In this document: piece after piece, positions 1 through 8,464 of the stretch
Layout of the letters: each line of letters opens with the position of its first letter
Numbering within the stretch: position 1 is the stretch's first letter
Origin: a virus
Taxonomy: Duplodnaviria; Caudoviricetes
Strand: one strand, 5' to 3'
Length of the DNA: 54,648 nt
Virus record (IMG/VR): IMGVR_UViG_3300025433_000326
Span: 1-54,648 of that record
Program-made: the position numbers and the translations under genes
Notes under the pieces: model-generated
The model's input: only the letters and a program-made list of their open reading frames with translations
What the model was told of the DNA's origin: nothing
Database searches by the model: none

Positions 1-183
1 GCGCCAGCGGTGGCCCAGGGCCGGCTCATCAGGCCTCCAGCGGTCGTGCCAATGGGCAATCGCGGCATAGGCCTCAGGGGGCCAGCCGGCGGCATCACCC
101 AGTTGCTGCAACGCCTTCAGCTCGGCCGCGGCCGCGTGTGTCGGCTTGATCGCCGGCTCTCCCTTAGGGGCGAGCAGCGGCAC
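1..183 (-). CDS. hypothetical protein, runs off window start
   Basis: Open frame from GTG at 183 (VPLLAPKGEPAIKP...HRWR) to the window edge; its 5' part is duplicated at 409-480. Confidence 0.35.
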   Translation of the reverse strand, partial: MPLLAPKGEPAIKPTHAAAAELKALQQLGDAAGWPPEAYAAIAHWHDRWRPDEPALGHRWR

Positions 184-207
184 ACTTGCGCTATTGTTGG
201 ACCAATT

Positions 208-264
208 CCATCCCGATTTAGGGATGGTGGCTTCACGGGTTGCCCCCCGTGAAGCAGGTAAAAT
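208..264 (+). promoter_or_regulatory. two palindromes plus -10 box (copy 1)
   Basis: CCATCCC-N6-GGGATGG (208-227), CTTCACGGG-N6-CCCGTGAAG (231-254), TAAAAT (259-264). Confidence 0.55.
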
Positions 265-270
265 CAAGGG

Positions 271-379
271 GGGAATCTCCTTTGATGTCCCCAGCTGCCT
301 GCGGTCCTAGTCGCCAAACAAAGAAACGCAGACGCTGGGAGGAATAGTGAGAGGGGGCCTTTCGGGGCCCTTTCTTTTT
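271..379 (+). ncRNA. putative small RNA 1
   Basis: Non-coding stretch between a -10 box and an intrinsic terminator; internal hairpin CCCAGC..CTGCG/CGCAG..GCTGGG; 5' CTCCTTTG. Confidence 0.55.
350..379 (+). terminator. intrinsic terminator
   Basis: AGAGGGGGCCTTTCGGGGCCCTTTCTTTTT: GC stem-loop followed by a U tract. Confidence 0.8.
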
Positions 380-504
380 GGTCAGTTGGTCGGCATAGAG
401 ACGCCGAGCGCCTTCAGCTCGGCTGCGGCCCTATGTGTCGGCTTGATCGCCGGCTCGCCCTTAGGGGCGAGCAGCGGCACACTTGCACTATTGTTGGACC
501 AATT

Positions 505-561
505 CCATCCCGATTTAGGGATGGTGGTTTCACGGGGTGCAACCCGTGAAGCAGGCAGAAT
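505..561 (+). promoter_or_regulatory. two palindromes plus -10 box (copy 2)
   Basis: Near-identical palindrome arms to 208-254 with a changed spacer (GTGCAA vs TTGCCC); CAGAAT at 556-561. Confidence 0.5.
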
Positions 562-567
562 CAAGGG

Positions 568-661
568 ATTTTTCCTTTGGTTGAGCCGGTTCGGAGTTCG
601 AGCTCCTGCCGGTGATCTGTTTTCTGAAACGAGAGGGGGCCCTTCGGGGCCCTTTCTTTTT
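568..661 (+). ncRNA. putative small RNA 2
   Basis: Same promoter/terminator frame with a different core; hairpin CCGG..GGAG-TTCGAG-CTCC..CCGG; 5' TCCTTTG. Confidence 0.55.
632..661 (+). terminator. intrinsic terminator
   Basis: GGCCC-TTCG-GGGCC stem with cUUCGg loop and a U tract. Confidence 0.85.
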
Positions 662-663
662 GG

Positions 664-843
664 TCAGTTGGTCGGCATAGAGACGCCGAGCGCCTTCAGG
701 CCAGAGCGCAAGAGATCCGAATCAGGGATGCAGGCCCCGCGCTGCTCATGGGCAAAGTGCCAGGGGCAAATCCAAAGCCGGCGCCGACTCTCACGAAGGA
801 AGAGATCGCTGGGATCAAAGAGAACAGCGATGCTGGCCCGCAC
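664..843 (-). CDS. small hypothetical protein
   Basis: GTG at 843 is in frame; the gene ends ...LKALGVSMPTN next to the terminator. Confidence 0.35.
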   Translation of the reverse strand: MRASIAVLFDPSDLFLRESRRRLWICPWHFAHEQRGACIPDSDLLRSGLKALGVSMPTN

Positions 844-924
844 ATTCGATGCCAATGCCGAGGAGTATTGGGTGGTCTGGGATCGTTCTATTGTGGTTGC
901 AGCCAGAGATCCCCAGCTCGACGC

Positions 925-1146
925 ATGAACACCCGCCCCCCAGACGTAAGCCACACCCTCGCCGTGGTGGTTGGATACCTGCGCCGAGGCCCCACGACGC
1001 GGCGGCGCTTCCTTGCGCTGATCGAATCGGCGCCCAACTATCAGCAGCTGCACCTCCAGGCCCAGGGCGAGGGCCTTTACGCTTCCCCGGCCGCGGCTGA
1101 AGAAGCAGCAGCGGCGATGGGCCTGGCGATCGAAGCAACGGCCTGA
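925..1146 (+). CDS. hypothetical phage protein
   Basis: ATG at 925 in the 748..1146 frame; closely followed by the next gene. Confidence 0.55.
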   Translation: MNTRPPDVSHTLAVVVGYLRRGPTTRRRFLALIESAPNYQQLHLQAQGEGLYASPAAAEEAAAAMGLAIEATA

Positions 1147-1154
1147 GCCGCCGC

Positions 1155-1403
1155 ATGTTTCACCGGTTGTTGGTTTCGCCAATGCAGAACGTGGTGGCGA
1201 TCCACTGCAATTTCAACGAGGCTGGCGATCAACTGAAGGTGGGGATGCTGGTGGTTGAGGCCGGCACCATCTCTTCCGACGTGCTGGTGTCACCGCCGAC
1301 CGGCGGCGCGGCCTTCTATCTGGCCTTGCCTGAGGATGTTCTCAATGCAGGGCAGCGCTACGTTGGGTGGCAGATCAGTTCCCCAATCAGGCCAGCCGCA
1401 TGA
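1155..1403 (+). CDS. hypothetical phage protein
   Basis: 82 aa; its stop overlaps the next start (ATGA). Confidence 0.6.
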   Translation: MFHRLLVSPMQNVVAIHCNFNEAGDQLKVGMLVVEAGTISSDVLVSPPTGGAAFYLALPEDVLNAGQRYVGWQISSPIRPAA

Positions 1404-2035
1404 GCGTCAGCAGCAGAATCCTGGCCACCTTCCGCACCGATTACAAGGTGCTGGGGCCGTTCCGGTTGGCTGTCTACGGCAAATTGCTCCAGGGTGAAGC
1501 GGAGCTGCTCGAGCAACAGCAGCGTGATCAGACCGTCACCTATGGCGCCTACATCCGCCTCACTCAATCCATTGCCAGGGAGACAGGTCTGCCGATTGAG
1601 GATGTTGACCAAATCATTGCTCAGTTCCAGACCAGCAGCGACATCAACGACACCCAGGCGATCAATGAGAAGCTCAAAGCGCTTGGAGCTCTGAGCAGCG
1701 ATGCCCAGGAGTTCAGCGCTTTCCTGAACAGTCAGGCGCTGCTGAGTGATCACAAGCGAACGCTGGTGACAGCGCTGCTGCTTGGTCGCGCTGAATACAT
1801 GGCCGCGGAAGATGAGTCTGAGGAATGGATTCATCTCAAGCGTGGCGAGTGGGACATGGAAGACACCCGGAAATTGCCGAAACCCATGGTGGATGAGCTC
1901 CATGACTTCCTGATGGGCGAGCGAGCTGCGCAGGTGGAAGCGGGAAAGCCGCCGGAGATGAAGGCCCAGAAGAGGCCCCGAACGACCAAACTCTCACCCG
2001 CGACGAACAGCTCGCCCGCATTGACGCCTTCCTGA
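1400..2035 (+). CDS. tail assembly chaperone (gpG-like)
   Basis: Lies just upstream of the tape measure gene; ATGA-coupled start; contains in-frame G GGA AAG. Confidence 0.8.
   Translation: MSVSSRILATFRTDYKVLGPFRLAVYGKLLQGEAELLEQQQRDQTVTYGAYIRLTQSIARETGLPIEDVDQIIAQFQTSSDINDTQAINEKLKALGALSSDAQEFSAFLNSQALLSDHKRTLVTALLLGRAEYMAAEDESEEWIHLKRGEWDMEDTRKLPKPMVDELHDFLMGERAAQVEAGKPPEMKAQKRPRTTKLSPATNSSPALTPS
1942..1948 (+). other. programmed -1 frameshift slippery site GGGAAAG
   Basis: Phased G-GGA-AAG, identical to the lambda G/T site. The -1 frame is stop-free from 1948 through 2071..2439. Confidence 0.85.
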
Positions 2036-2439
2036 GCACCCCTCCTACTGATTGGGATGAGATCCAGCTGGTGCTCACCAGCGGGCTCACCCATGATCCC
2101 CGCTGGCAGGCCGATCGATTCCACCTCCAACCGGTTGACGCCGTTCTGAAGGCCTACGGCTGGGCCCTGAAAGAGAAGGCGAAGCGCACCAATGAGCTGA
2201 GCACCACCACGGCCCGGCTGGCGGTGCTGGTGGAGATGGCCGGCTTCCCAGGGTTGGGCAGCAAAGGCCGCACAGAGGAACAGTTCCTGCCGTTTGACAT
2301 CCGCGACGCCGACAGCCAGCGGGCCCAGCGGCTCACGCCAGAGGTGGCCGCCACAATCCGTTCCCTGCTTCGTGATGGCCAACTGCCGCTCCGGGTGCTG
2401 GTGCTGGCAGTGGAAGAGCTCGAGCGCTCCAAACTCTGA
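1948..2439 (+). CDS. gpT-like part of the G-T frameshift fusion (fusion spans 1400..2439)
   Basis: The -1 frame reads AAGDEGPEEAPND...ERSKL and directly precedes the tape measure gene. Confidence 0.8.
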   Translation, partial: AAGDEGPEEAPNDQTLTRDEQLARIDAFLSTPPTDWDEIQLVLTSGLTHDPRWQADRFHLQPVDAVLKAYGWALKEKAKRTNELSTTTARLAVLVEMAGFPGLGSKGRTEEQFLPFDIRDADSQRAQRLTPEVAATIRSLLRDGQLPLRVLVLAVEELERSKL

Positions 2440-2457
2440 CGCCGTTGCGGCCTCAGA

Positions 2458-5400
2458 ATGGTTTCAAGACAAGGTGAACGTTTGACCAGCAGCGGCGGGG
2501 GCGGCGGCGAATACACCCTGGGTACAGCCACCCTGACCCTTAGGGGCGACCTGAAGCCGCTTGAGGCTGACCTGGCCAAGATGCGGCGGATGATCGCCGA
2601 CATGGAGCGGCGGCAGACCAACATTCCGGCGCCCAAGATCCCGCCGCCTTCCGCTGAAACCCAGAGCGGGTTTGATCGGCTGCAGGGCACGTTGGAGCAG
2701 CTCCGCAAAGGGATCACTGGCGACAGCTCAGCCTGGGACGCAATGGCGGCTCGCCTGAAAGGCGCCGGCGCTGCTGGTGCCGGCGCGGCTGGTGGAATCG
2801 GCGGTGCTGGCGCCGCGCTCGGCAGCATGGTGGGCATGGCCGGGAAGGCGATCCCGATCCTCGGCCAGCTCGGCCTGGCGGCAGCGGGCGTCAAGGTGGT
2901 GTTTGGCGCGGTTTCGACAGCGATCGGCGCCGTGATCGGCCCGCTTCAGGCGCTGACCGCTGAGACGGCGCTGTTCAACCGGCAAATGAATGAAGCTGGG
3001 GCCGTGATGGCAAACCAGTTCGCTATTTTTGCTGATGGAAAGATCGTTGAAGGCACCGCCCGCCAGATGAGAATGGTCCGTGGCACTATTCTCGACGAAT
3101 ACAAATACATCCAGAAGGAAGTAGCTAATATCAGCGGCTCTACAGCAGCTCAGATATACGATAGCTTCAACATCATAATGACCCACAGCAACAGCTTGGG
3201 GGATAAAGGCACCCCGCAGAACGCTTCCAAGCTTGCTACCCGCATCGCGGCAGGTATGAACACGTTTGGGATCCCGCAAAACCAGATGATGCAGGAGACA
3301 AACGCTCTGATGATGGGCAACATCGATCCCAACGCGATGCTGGCCCAGAAGTTGGAGATCACATCTTCTGATGTAAAGGAACAGCAGAAGCAGGGCAAAT
3401 ATTACGACTTTTTGATGGGGAAGCTTGAAACCCTCTACGAGGGCCAGAAGGAGCTGGGGGTGAGCCTTCAGAACGTGATGAGCAATTTCGAGTCCGTCAG
3501 CCAGACGATCACGGCGAAATCAGGCGTTGCGCTGGAGGCTTCTTCCGCCGCCATGCTTCAAACCGTGTTGACCACGTTCCAGAACCTGCAGTCCAGCTTT
3601 GAAATGCTGCTGTCATCGCTTGCTGAGGCGGTGGCCCCCCTGCTGGAGCTCATGGGCCCGGTGCTCTCTGTGCTGACTTCGATCGGCAGTGTCCTGGCCT
3701 CTGTTGGCGGGATGGCGCTTGATGTGATCGGCGCGGTGTCCGCGGTCGTGAAGTCTTCTCTCTTGGCGCCATTGGTGGCTGTGGCTAGGAGCATTGAGCT
3801 GATCGCCAAAGGAGCGGAACTTGCCGCAAAAATATTGTCAGATGGCTTTGATTCAATAAAGGTCGCTCTTGGCTTCTTCCCCGACGAATCAGCTGATGGC
3901 GTCAACAAGTTCTTCGACAATCTGATCGGTGGCATTGAGCAGGCCGGCGAGTCCCTGGACCGCGCCCGCCTGGATCGCTTGCAGAATCAGCTCGGCAATG
4001 GGCTGGGCAGGATCCGAACACAAGGGGAGGCGGAGGGGCTCTCTGAGTTCGCCATCAAAGAGCGCCAGGACAAGTTCCGTGACGACTTCATTGAGCGGAC
4101 CGGCCTCGTTACTGATGTTGAGCTCCGCAGCCTCAAGCTCTCAAAAGAGGCCCAGGCCGATCTGGACGCCTTCAACGCTGCGCTGGGCACCGGATCAACC
4201 CGTGCCCTGAACGTGTCCAAGCAATGGGCCGAGATCAAGACCAAGGGCTACCAGAACGAGATCAAGAGCTTGGAGCAGGGCCTTGGCCTGATGACCCGGC
4301 AGAAGGCCGTTGCGGAGGCCATGGCCGCCGTTGCCGATGCCCGCCGCGCTTTCACCGCCCACGGCTTCGAGCTTGGTGTCCAGGTGTCGGCATCACCAGA
4401 AGCCAAGGCCGCGGCAGTAGCCCGCCTGAACAATCTCAAGTTTGAGCAGGAGAAGGAAGCGATCCAGGAACGGAAGGGCCTGCTGCAATCCGAGCGGGAG
4501 ATGCAGCAGCGGCAGATGGCGATCCAAGAGAAGCAGCTGCTGATCCAACAGGAGCAGCTCAAAATCGCGGTGGTTGAGGCAGAGAACAGTCGAAACAAAG
4601 GCAAGGAGACGACTCAGGAGCTGCTGCGCAAGCGCGGAAACACCCGCTTTGGCACCCCCGCCTATTTCGCCGTCACTGCAGAGCTGAACGCCCAGATGGC
4701 CCGCACCACCCGGGACAACGCCATCCTCAATCACGCCAAAGAGGCCCGCCGCCTGGGCTTTGAAGCGATCAGTCAACTGGGCACCATCAACAGCCTCGAG
4801 CAACAGCGCATGGACCTGCAGCTGGAGCAGCTTGGCCTTCAGGAGCAGGGCGCCCAGTACACCCTGGAGCAACAGCGCCTGATGGTCGAGATTGCCGCCG
4901 CTGGCCAGGACATCGCCAACACCATGGCCGCGGCGAACAATGAAGCCACCGCCCGCAACAACGAGCTCAACAACGAGAAAGCAACAATCCAGGATCAGTT
5001 GGCCCTTCAGGCTGAGCAGGTGAGGCTCGACAAGGCCCGCACTGACCTGGCCATCACCCGCGGCCGCGCTGCGGTTCAGGAAGCAGAGCGGCTGCAGTCA
5101 GTCCAGCAAGCGCAGGCCAGCGCCCGGAGCGGTGGCGGCGTGGTGGCCGTGGTCGAAGCACAGATTGCGGCGGCCGCGGCTGGTGTGACGGGAATGGAAA
5201 CCGCCGCCGAGGCGCAGGAACGGCTCTATGCCGCGAAGGAAGCGCAGATGGAGCGCGAGCATCGGATGCAGCAAGAACAACTGCGCATCCAGCAGCTGCG
5301 CGAGCAATCTGAGCTGCGCATTCAGCAGCTCACACTTCAAAGCCAACAGGTGGAGATCACCTTGGCGCGGGCAAAGATGACCGCCACCCTGGCCACCATC

Positions 5401-7584
5401 GCGTTGGCCAGGCAACAGGACGCCCTCGGTGCGGCGATCCCTGGGCAGGGCTCAGTGCCAGGCCTGGGCAGCAGCGGCGGCGGCGCCGTCTTTGGAGCCA
5501 CAGACGGCGGCACCGGCCGCGTCAGCAATGCCGAGGGCTACGTCCATGGTCACTTCCAGACATCTGGCACCCTCGCCGAGCTGCTGGAGGATGTCTTGCC
5601 TGTCGTCAACCAGCTGATCGAGCAAGGGGTAGACGTGACCCTGATGGACGGCACCCCGCTGAGCCGCGGAATGTCCGACCAACAGATCAAGGGCCTGCTG
5701 CGGAAAGGGGCCGGGCAGCACGGCCACAGCGGTGATGGTCGATCGCTGGATCTTTCGGTGCCGGTGGGAACCGCTGTGCCGGTGGGTCTGTCTGACGTGC
5801 GCACCGCCAACAACACCGCTGACGGGATCAACGGGCTGCTGCCAGGGAGCGGGAAGACGTGGCTCAGCCATCTGGCGCCGGGCTCAACGGGTGGAGCCGG
5901 CGCCAGCACCGCATCAGCGACCCCCGCAGCCTCGAACATCGATCCCAAAATCCTGGCGGCGGCCGCGGCGGCTTACAAGGCTGGCTTCAGGGGTGAGGCT
6001 CTGGCCGAAATCACGGCGGTGGCTTTTGCCGAGAGCAGCTACGACCCCACCGAAACCAACATGAAGGGCGGAGATCGCAGCTATGGGCTGTGGCAAATCA
6101 ACATGAAGGACGGCACGGGGCCAGAGCGCCGGCAGCGGTTTGGCCTGGCCAGCAATGAAGACCTGTTTGATCCAGACGCCAATGCTCGCGCTGCTTTTGG
6201 CCTCTGGCAGGATCGAGGCTTCCAGCCCTGGCGAAACAGCCATGGCAATGCCAACTACATGGCGGCCCTGCCTGAGGCGCGGCAGGCGGCGGCCTGGGCG
6301 GAAGGTGGTGGCACGGTCGGCGCTGCTGGGGTGGGCCCAAGCCTCGATCAACAGCAAGCTGCAGCAGAAGAGCAGGGCCAGCAACTCGACACCGCCGAAG
6401 CCCGGCTGAACGAGTTGCTGGCGCAGATAACGACGTTCTTCGAGATGCTCAACAACCGCCAGAGCCTGGGGCAAGAAAACATGACGGAGGCGCAGCTGGC
6501 CGAACGCCAGCAGTTTGACTTTGAGCAGGAGACGGATCGACTCCGCGCCCTAACGCTGGAAACCCCCACCGGCCAGTTGGCGGCCAGCAGCACGCAGGCG
6601 ATCACCGACAGCATTGCCGGATCCATCAAAGGCGGCCTTCAGGCCCTGATGAGTGGCGGCGACATCAAGCAGGCGCTGCTTGGTGTGCTCAGCCAGGCCG
6701 GCCAGACGCTGATGGAGGCCACCGTCGATTCCTTGCTCAACCCCATGCTGGCGCAGCTGCAGGGGCAACTGTTCAAGACGCTGAGCGGCGTGGACATAGA
6801 AGCAGTGGCACTGCAAAACGCTGCCGGTGCTCACGTAACCGCGGCTGGTGCATTGATGAATGCAGCGGCGGCCATCGGCGCCGCTGCGGCCGGCACGGGT
6901 GCCGCTGGTGGGGTGAGTGGCATCAGCCAGGCCTTCAGCACGGTCAGCAAGCTGGCATCGCTGGCCGGCGGCCTGGGTGGCGGCATCAGTGCCGGCATTC
7001 AGAGCGCTGGGGCGGCAGCTGGCGCAGCAGCGTTTAATTCCATCGTTCCGATTGGTGTTCAACCGTTCACCGCCGGCTTTGCCGGTGGCGGTGAGGCGCG
7101 CTACGGCCTTGACTACCTTGTAGGGGAAGGAGGCCCTGAAATCGTGCGCTTCAATCGCTCCGGCGGCAAGGTCACCAGCAACCGGCAATTGAGCCAGGCG
7201 CTTGGTGTTCCCTTTCAGCGCGCCCCGGGCGGCAAGGCAGAAGTGGCAGGCGAAACCCTGGGGATGGGCACCCCTGGCGTTCCGTTCGCTCGCACCGTCA
7301 GAAACTCCGCATCACCCGCAACCCCTGGCGTTCCGTTCATCAGGCCCAGCGGGGGAGAGCGCAGCGGCGTTCCGTTCATCAGGCCCGGCGGGGGAGAGCG
7401 CAGCGACGTGGCCAGCGCCCGCCGGCTGCAGATTGGCATTGAAACCCAGGTGATCAATGGCGTCGAGTACGCCACGGTGGAGCAGGTGCGGCAGGCGGCC
7501 AATGAATCCGCCGAGGCCGGCCGAGAGTCCGCCTACACCGGCATCCAGAACAACCCCAGCGTTCGGCGCGCCCTGGGGATGTAA
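2458..7584 (+). CDS. tape measure protein with M23-like and lytic transglycosylase domains
   Basis: About 1700 aa, Ala/Gln-rich coiled coil, N-terminal LGTATLTLRGD, SLT motif AESSY...SYGLWQIN, C-terminal FAGGG...VGEGGPE. The start may be TTG 2482. Confidence 0.92.
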   Translation: MVSRQGERLTSSGGGGGEYTLGTATLTLRGDLKPLEADLAKMRRMIADMERRQTNIPAPKIPPPSAETQSGFDRLQGTLEQLRKGITGDSSAWDAMAARLKGAGAAGAGAAGGIGGAGAALGSMVGMAGKAIPILGQLGLAAAGVKVVFGAVSTAIGAVIGPLQALTAETALFNRQMNEAGAVMANQFAIFADGKIVEGTARQMRMVRGTILDEYKYIQKEVANISGSTAAQIYDSFNIIMTHSNSLGDKGTPQNASKLATRIAAGMNTFGIPQNQMMQETNALMMGNIDPNAMLAQKLEITSSDVKEQQKQGKYYDFLMGKLETLYEGQKELGVSLQNVMSNFESVSQTITAKSGVALEASSAAMLQTVLTTFQNLQSSFEMLLSSLAEAVAPLLELMGPVLSVLTSIGSVLASVGGMALDVIGAVSAVVKSSLLAPLVAVARSIELIAKGAELAAKILSDGFDSIKVALGFFPDESADGVNKFFDNLIGGIEQAGESLDRARLDRLQNQLGNGLGRIRTQGEAEGLSEFAIKERQDKFRDDFIERTGLVTDVELRSLKLSKEAQADLDAFNAALGTGSTRALNVSKQWAEIKTKGYQNEIKSLEQGLGLMTRQKAVAEAMAAVADARRAFTAHGFELGVQVSASPEAKAAAVARLNNLKFEQEKEAIQERKGLLQSEREMQQRQMAIQEKQLLIQQEQLKIAVVEAENSRNKGKETTQELLRKRGNTRFGTPAYFAVTAELNAQMARTTRDNAILNHAKEARRLGFEAISQLGTINSLEQQRMDLQLEQLGLQEQGAQYTLEQQRLMVEIAAAGQDIANTMAAANNEATARNNELNNEKATIQDQLALQAEQVRLDKARTDLAITRGRAAVQEAERLQSVQQAQASARSGGGVVAVVEAQIAAAAAGVTGMETAAEAQERLYAAKEAQMEREHRMQQEQLRIQQLREQSELRIQQLTLQSQQVEITLARAKMTATLATIALARQQDALGAAIPGQGSVPGLGSSGGGAVFGATDGGTGRVSNAEGYVHGHFQTSGTLAELLEDVLPVVNQLIEQGVDVTLMDGTPLSRGMSDQQIKGLLRKGAGQHGHSGDGRSLDLSVPVGTAVPVGLSDVRTANNTADGINGLLPGSGKTWLSHLAPGSTGGAGASTASATPAASNIDPKILAAAAAAYKAGFRGEALAEITAVAFAESSYDPTETNMKGGDRSYGLWQINMKDGTGPERRQRFGLASNEDLFDPDANARAAFGLWQDRGFQPWRNSHGNANYMAALPEARQAAAWAEGGGTVGAAGVGPSLDQQQAAAEEQGQQLDTAEARLNELLAQITTFFEMLNNRQSLGQENMTEAQLAERQQFDFEQETDRLRALTLETPTGQLAASSTQAITDSIAGSIKGGLQALMSGGDIKQALLGVLSQAGQTLMEATVDSLLNPMLAQLQGQLFKTLSGVDIEAVALQNAAGAHVTAAGALMNAAAAIGAAAAGTGAAGGVSGISQAFSTVSKLASLAGGLGGGISAGIQSAGAAAGAAAFNSIVPIGVQPFTAGFAGGGEARYGLDYLVGEGGPEIVRFNRSGGKVTSNRQLSQALGVPFQRAPGGKAEVAGETLGMGTPGVPFARTVRNSASPATPGVPFIRPSGGERSGVPFIRPGGGERSDVASARRLQIGIETQVINGVEYATVEQVRQAANESAEAGRESAYTGIQNNPSVRRALGM
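7329..7404 (+). repeat. 39-bp in-frame tandem duplication in the tape measure C-terminus
   Basis: GVPFIRP(S/G)GGERS occurs twice; two further GVPF motifs lie upstream. Confidence 0.85.
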
Positions 7585-8054
7585 TGGCCGTTCAGCTCTG
7601 CGCCTACATCGTGTTCGTGGATGCAAGCGGCACCCCACAGGTGGGTTATGCCTGGCAGAACTTCTGGGCTGGTCAGCTGCGCAGCTACGACGGTCGGGAT
7701 CACGTCTTCATGGGATTCCGCATCAGCGATTCGGCTGGCGCCCGCGGCGGTGATCGATCACAAGGCGAGCTCAGAGTCAACCGGAATCAGCTCGCGCTCA
7801 ACGTGTTGGCAGAGGCCCGGGCCAATGCCTGGAAGATCCGCGCCGATATTGTGGTGGTCGATGTTGTCGCCGGCAGCGACGTGCGGCTCCTGTCCAGGCA
7901 CAACTGGCGGCTGGGGCCGATCGAGCGGCAGGCCTCCATCCGGGTGCAGCTGACCAGCCCCTTGGACGCCGTGCGTGGCGACGCCCCCCGCCGCCGGCTC
8001 AGCACTGAACTGGTTGGCCAGGTGCCAGATACCGGCTCCCTGTTTATCGCATGA
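7584..8054 (+). CDS. minor tail protein (gpL-like position)
   Basis: Coupled to the tape measure gene and precedes the NlpC/P60 gene. Confidence 0.65.
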   Translation: MAVQLCAYIVFVDASGTPQVGYAWQNFWAGQLRSYDGRDHVFMGFRISDSAGARGGDRSQGELRVNRNQLALNVLAEARANAWKIRADIVVVDVVAGSDVRLLSRHNWRLGPIERQASIRVQLTSPLDAVRGDAPRRRLSTELVGQVPDTGSLFIA

Positions 8055-8464
8055 CGATCACAGCGCCCTGGCTTCACTACCTTGGCCTCCCTTGGCAATG
8101 GAACGCCGACCCTGATCGAGATGGCGGCACAGACTGCTTCCGCCTGGTGCTCGCCGTCCTAGCCCTCCATGACGCCCCTCGACCTGAACGGATTCACCGG
8201 CAGTGGTACGTGGCCGCCGGCCGCGGCTATTGGGATGAAGTGCTCGATGAACTGGAGCTCGGCACCTATCGGGTGAAGGGTGGCTGCAACCTGGACATAG
8301 CGCAGCTGGACGGCGGCGCCCCGATCGCCCTGGGCATTTGCGTGGCCGGTGGTTTGCTCACTTGCTCCCGGGAAGAAGGGGTGCATTGGCGGCCCATTGA
8401 TCCAGCGAACGTGCTCCGCTGGTGTCGCTTCTATCCAACGCCATCACTGCAGGGCCAGCCATGA
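8051..8464 (+). CDS. NlpC/P60-like tail tip assembly protein (gpK-like)
   Basis: LGLPWQW...GTDCFRLV motif. Confidence 0.75.
   Translation: MTITAPWLHYLGLPWQWNADPDRDGGTDCFRLVLAVLALHDAPRPERIHRQWYVAAGRGYWDEVLDELELGTYRVKGGCNLDIAQLDGGAPIALGICVAGGLLTCSREEGVHWRPIDPANVLRWCRFYPTPSLQGQP

Larger units (their letters stand above)
112..699. repeat. tandem duplication with divergent cores
   Basis: 112-270 matches 409-567 (159 bp, about 12 mismatches) and 349-417 matches 631-699 (69 bp, 1 mismatch). The cores 271-348 and 568-630 are unrelated. The junction has a 9-bp microhomology, CGCCTTCAG. Confidence 0.95.

Noticed and set aside
585-615. tRNA or tRNA fragment (GTTCGAG loop)
   Set aside because: No proper 5-bp T stem, D arm, anticodon arm or acceptor stem could be built.
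112-699. CRISPR mini-array
   Set aside because: The conserved parts are 69-159 bp and contain a promoter, terminator and gene fragments, unlike CRISPR repeats.
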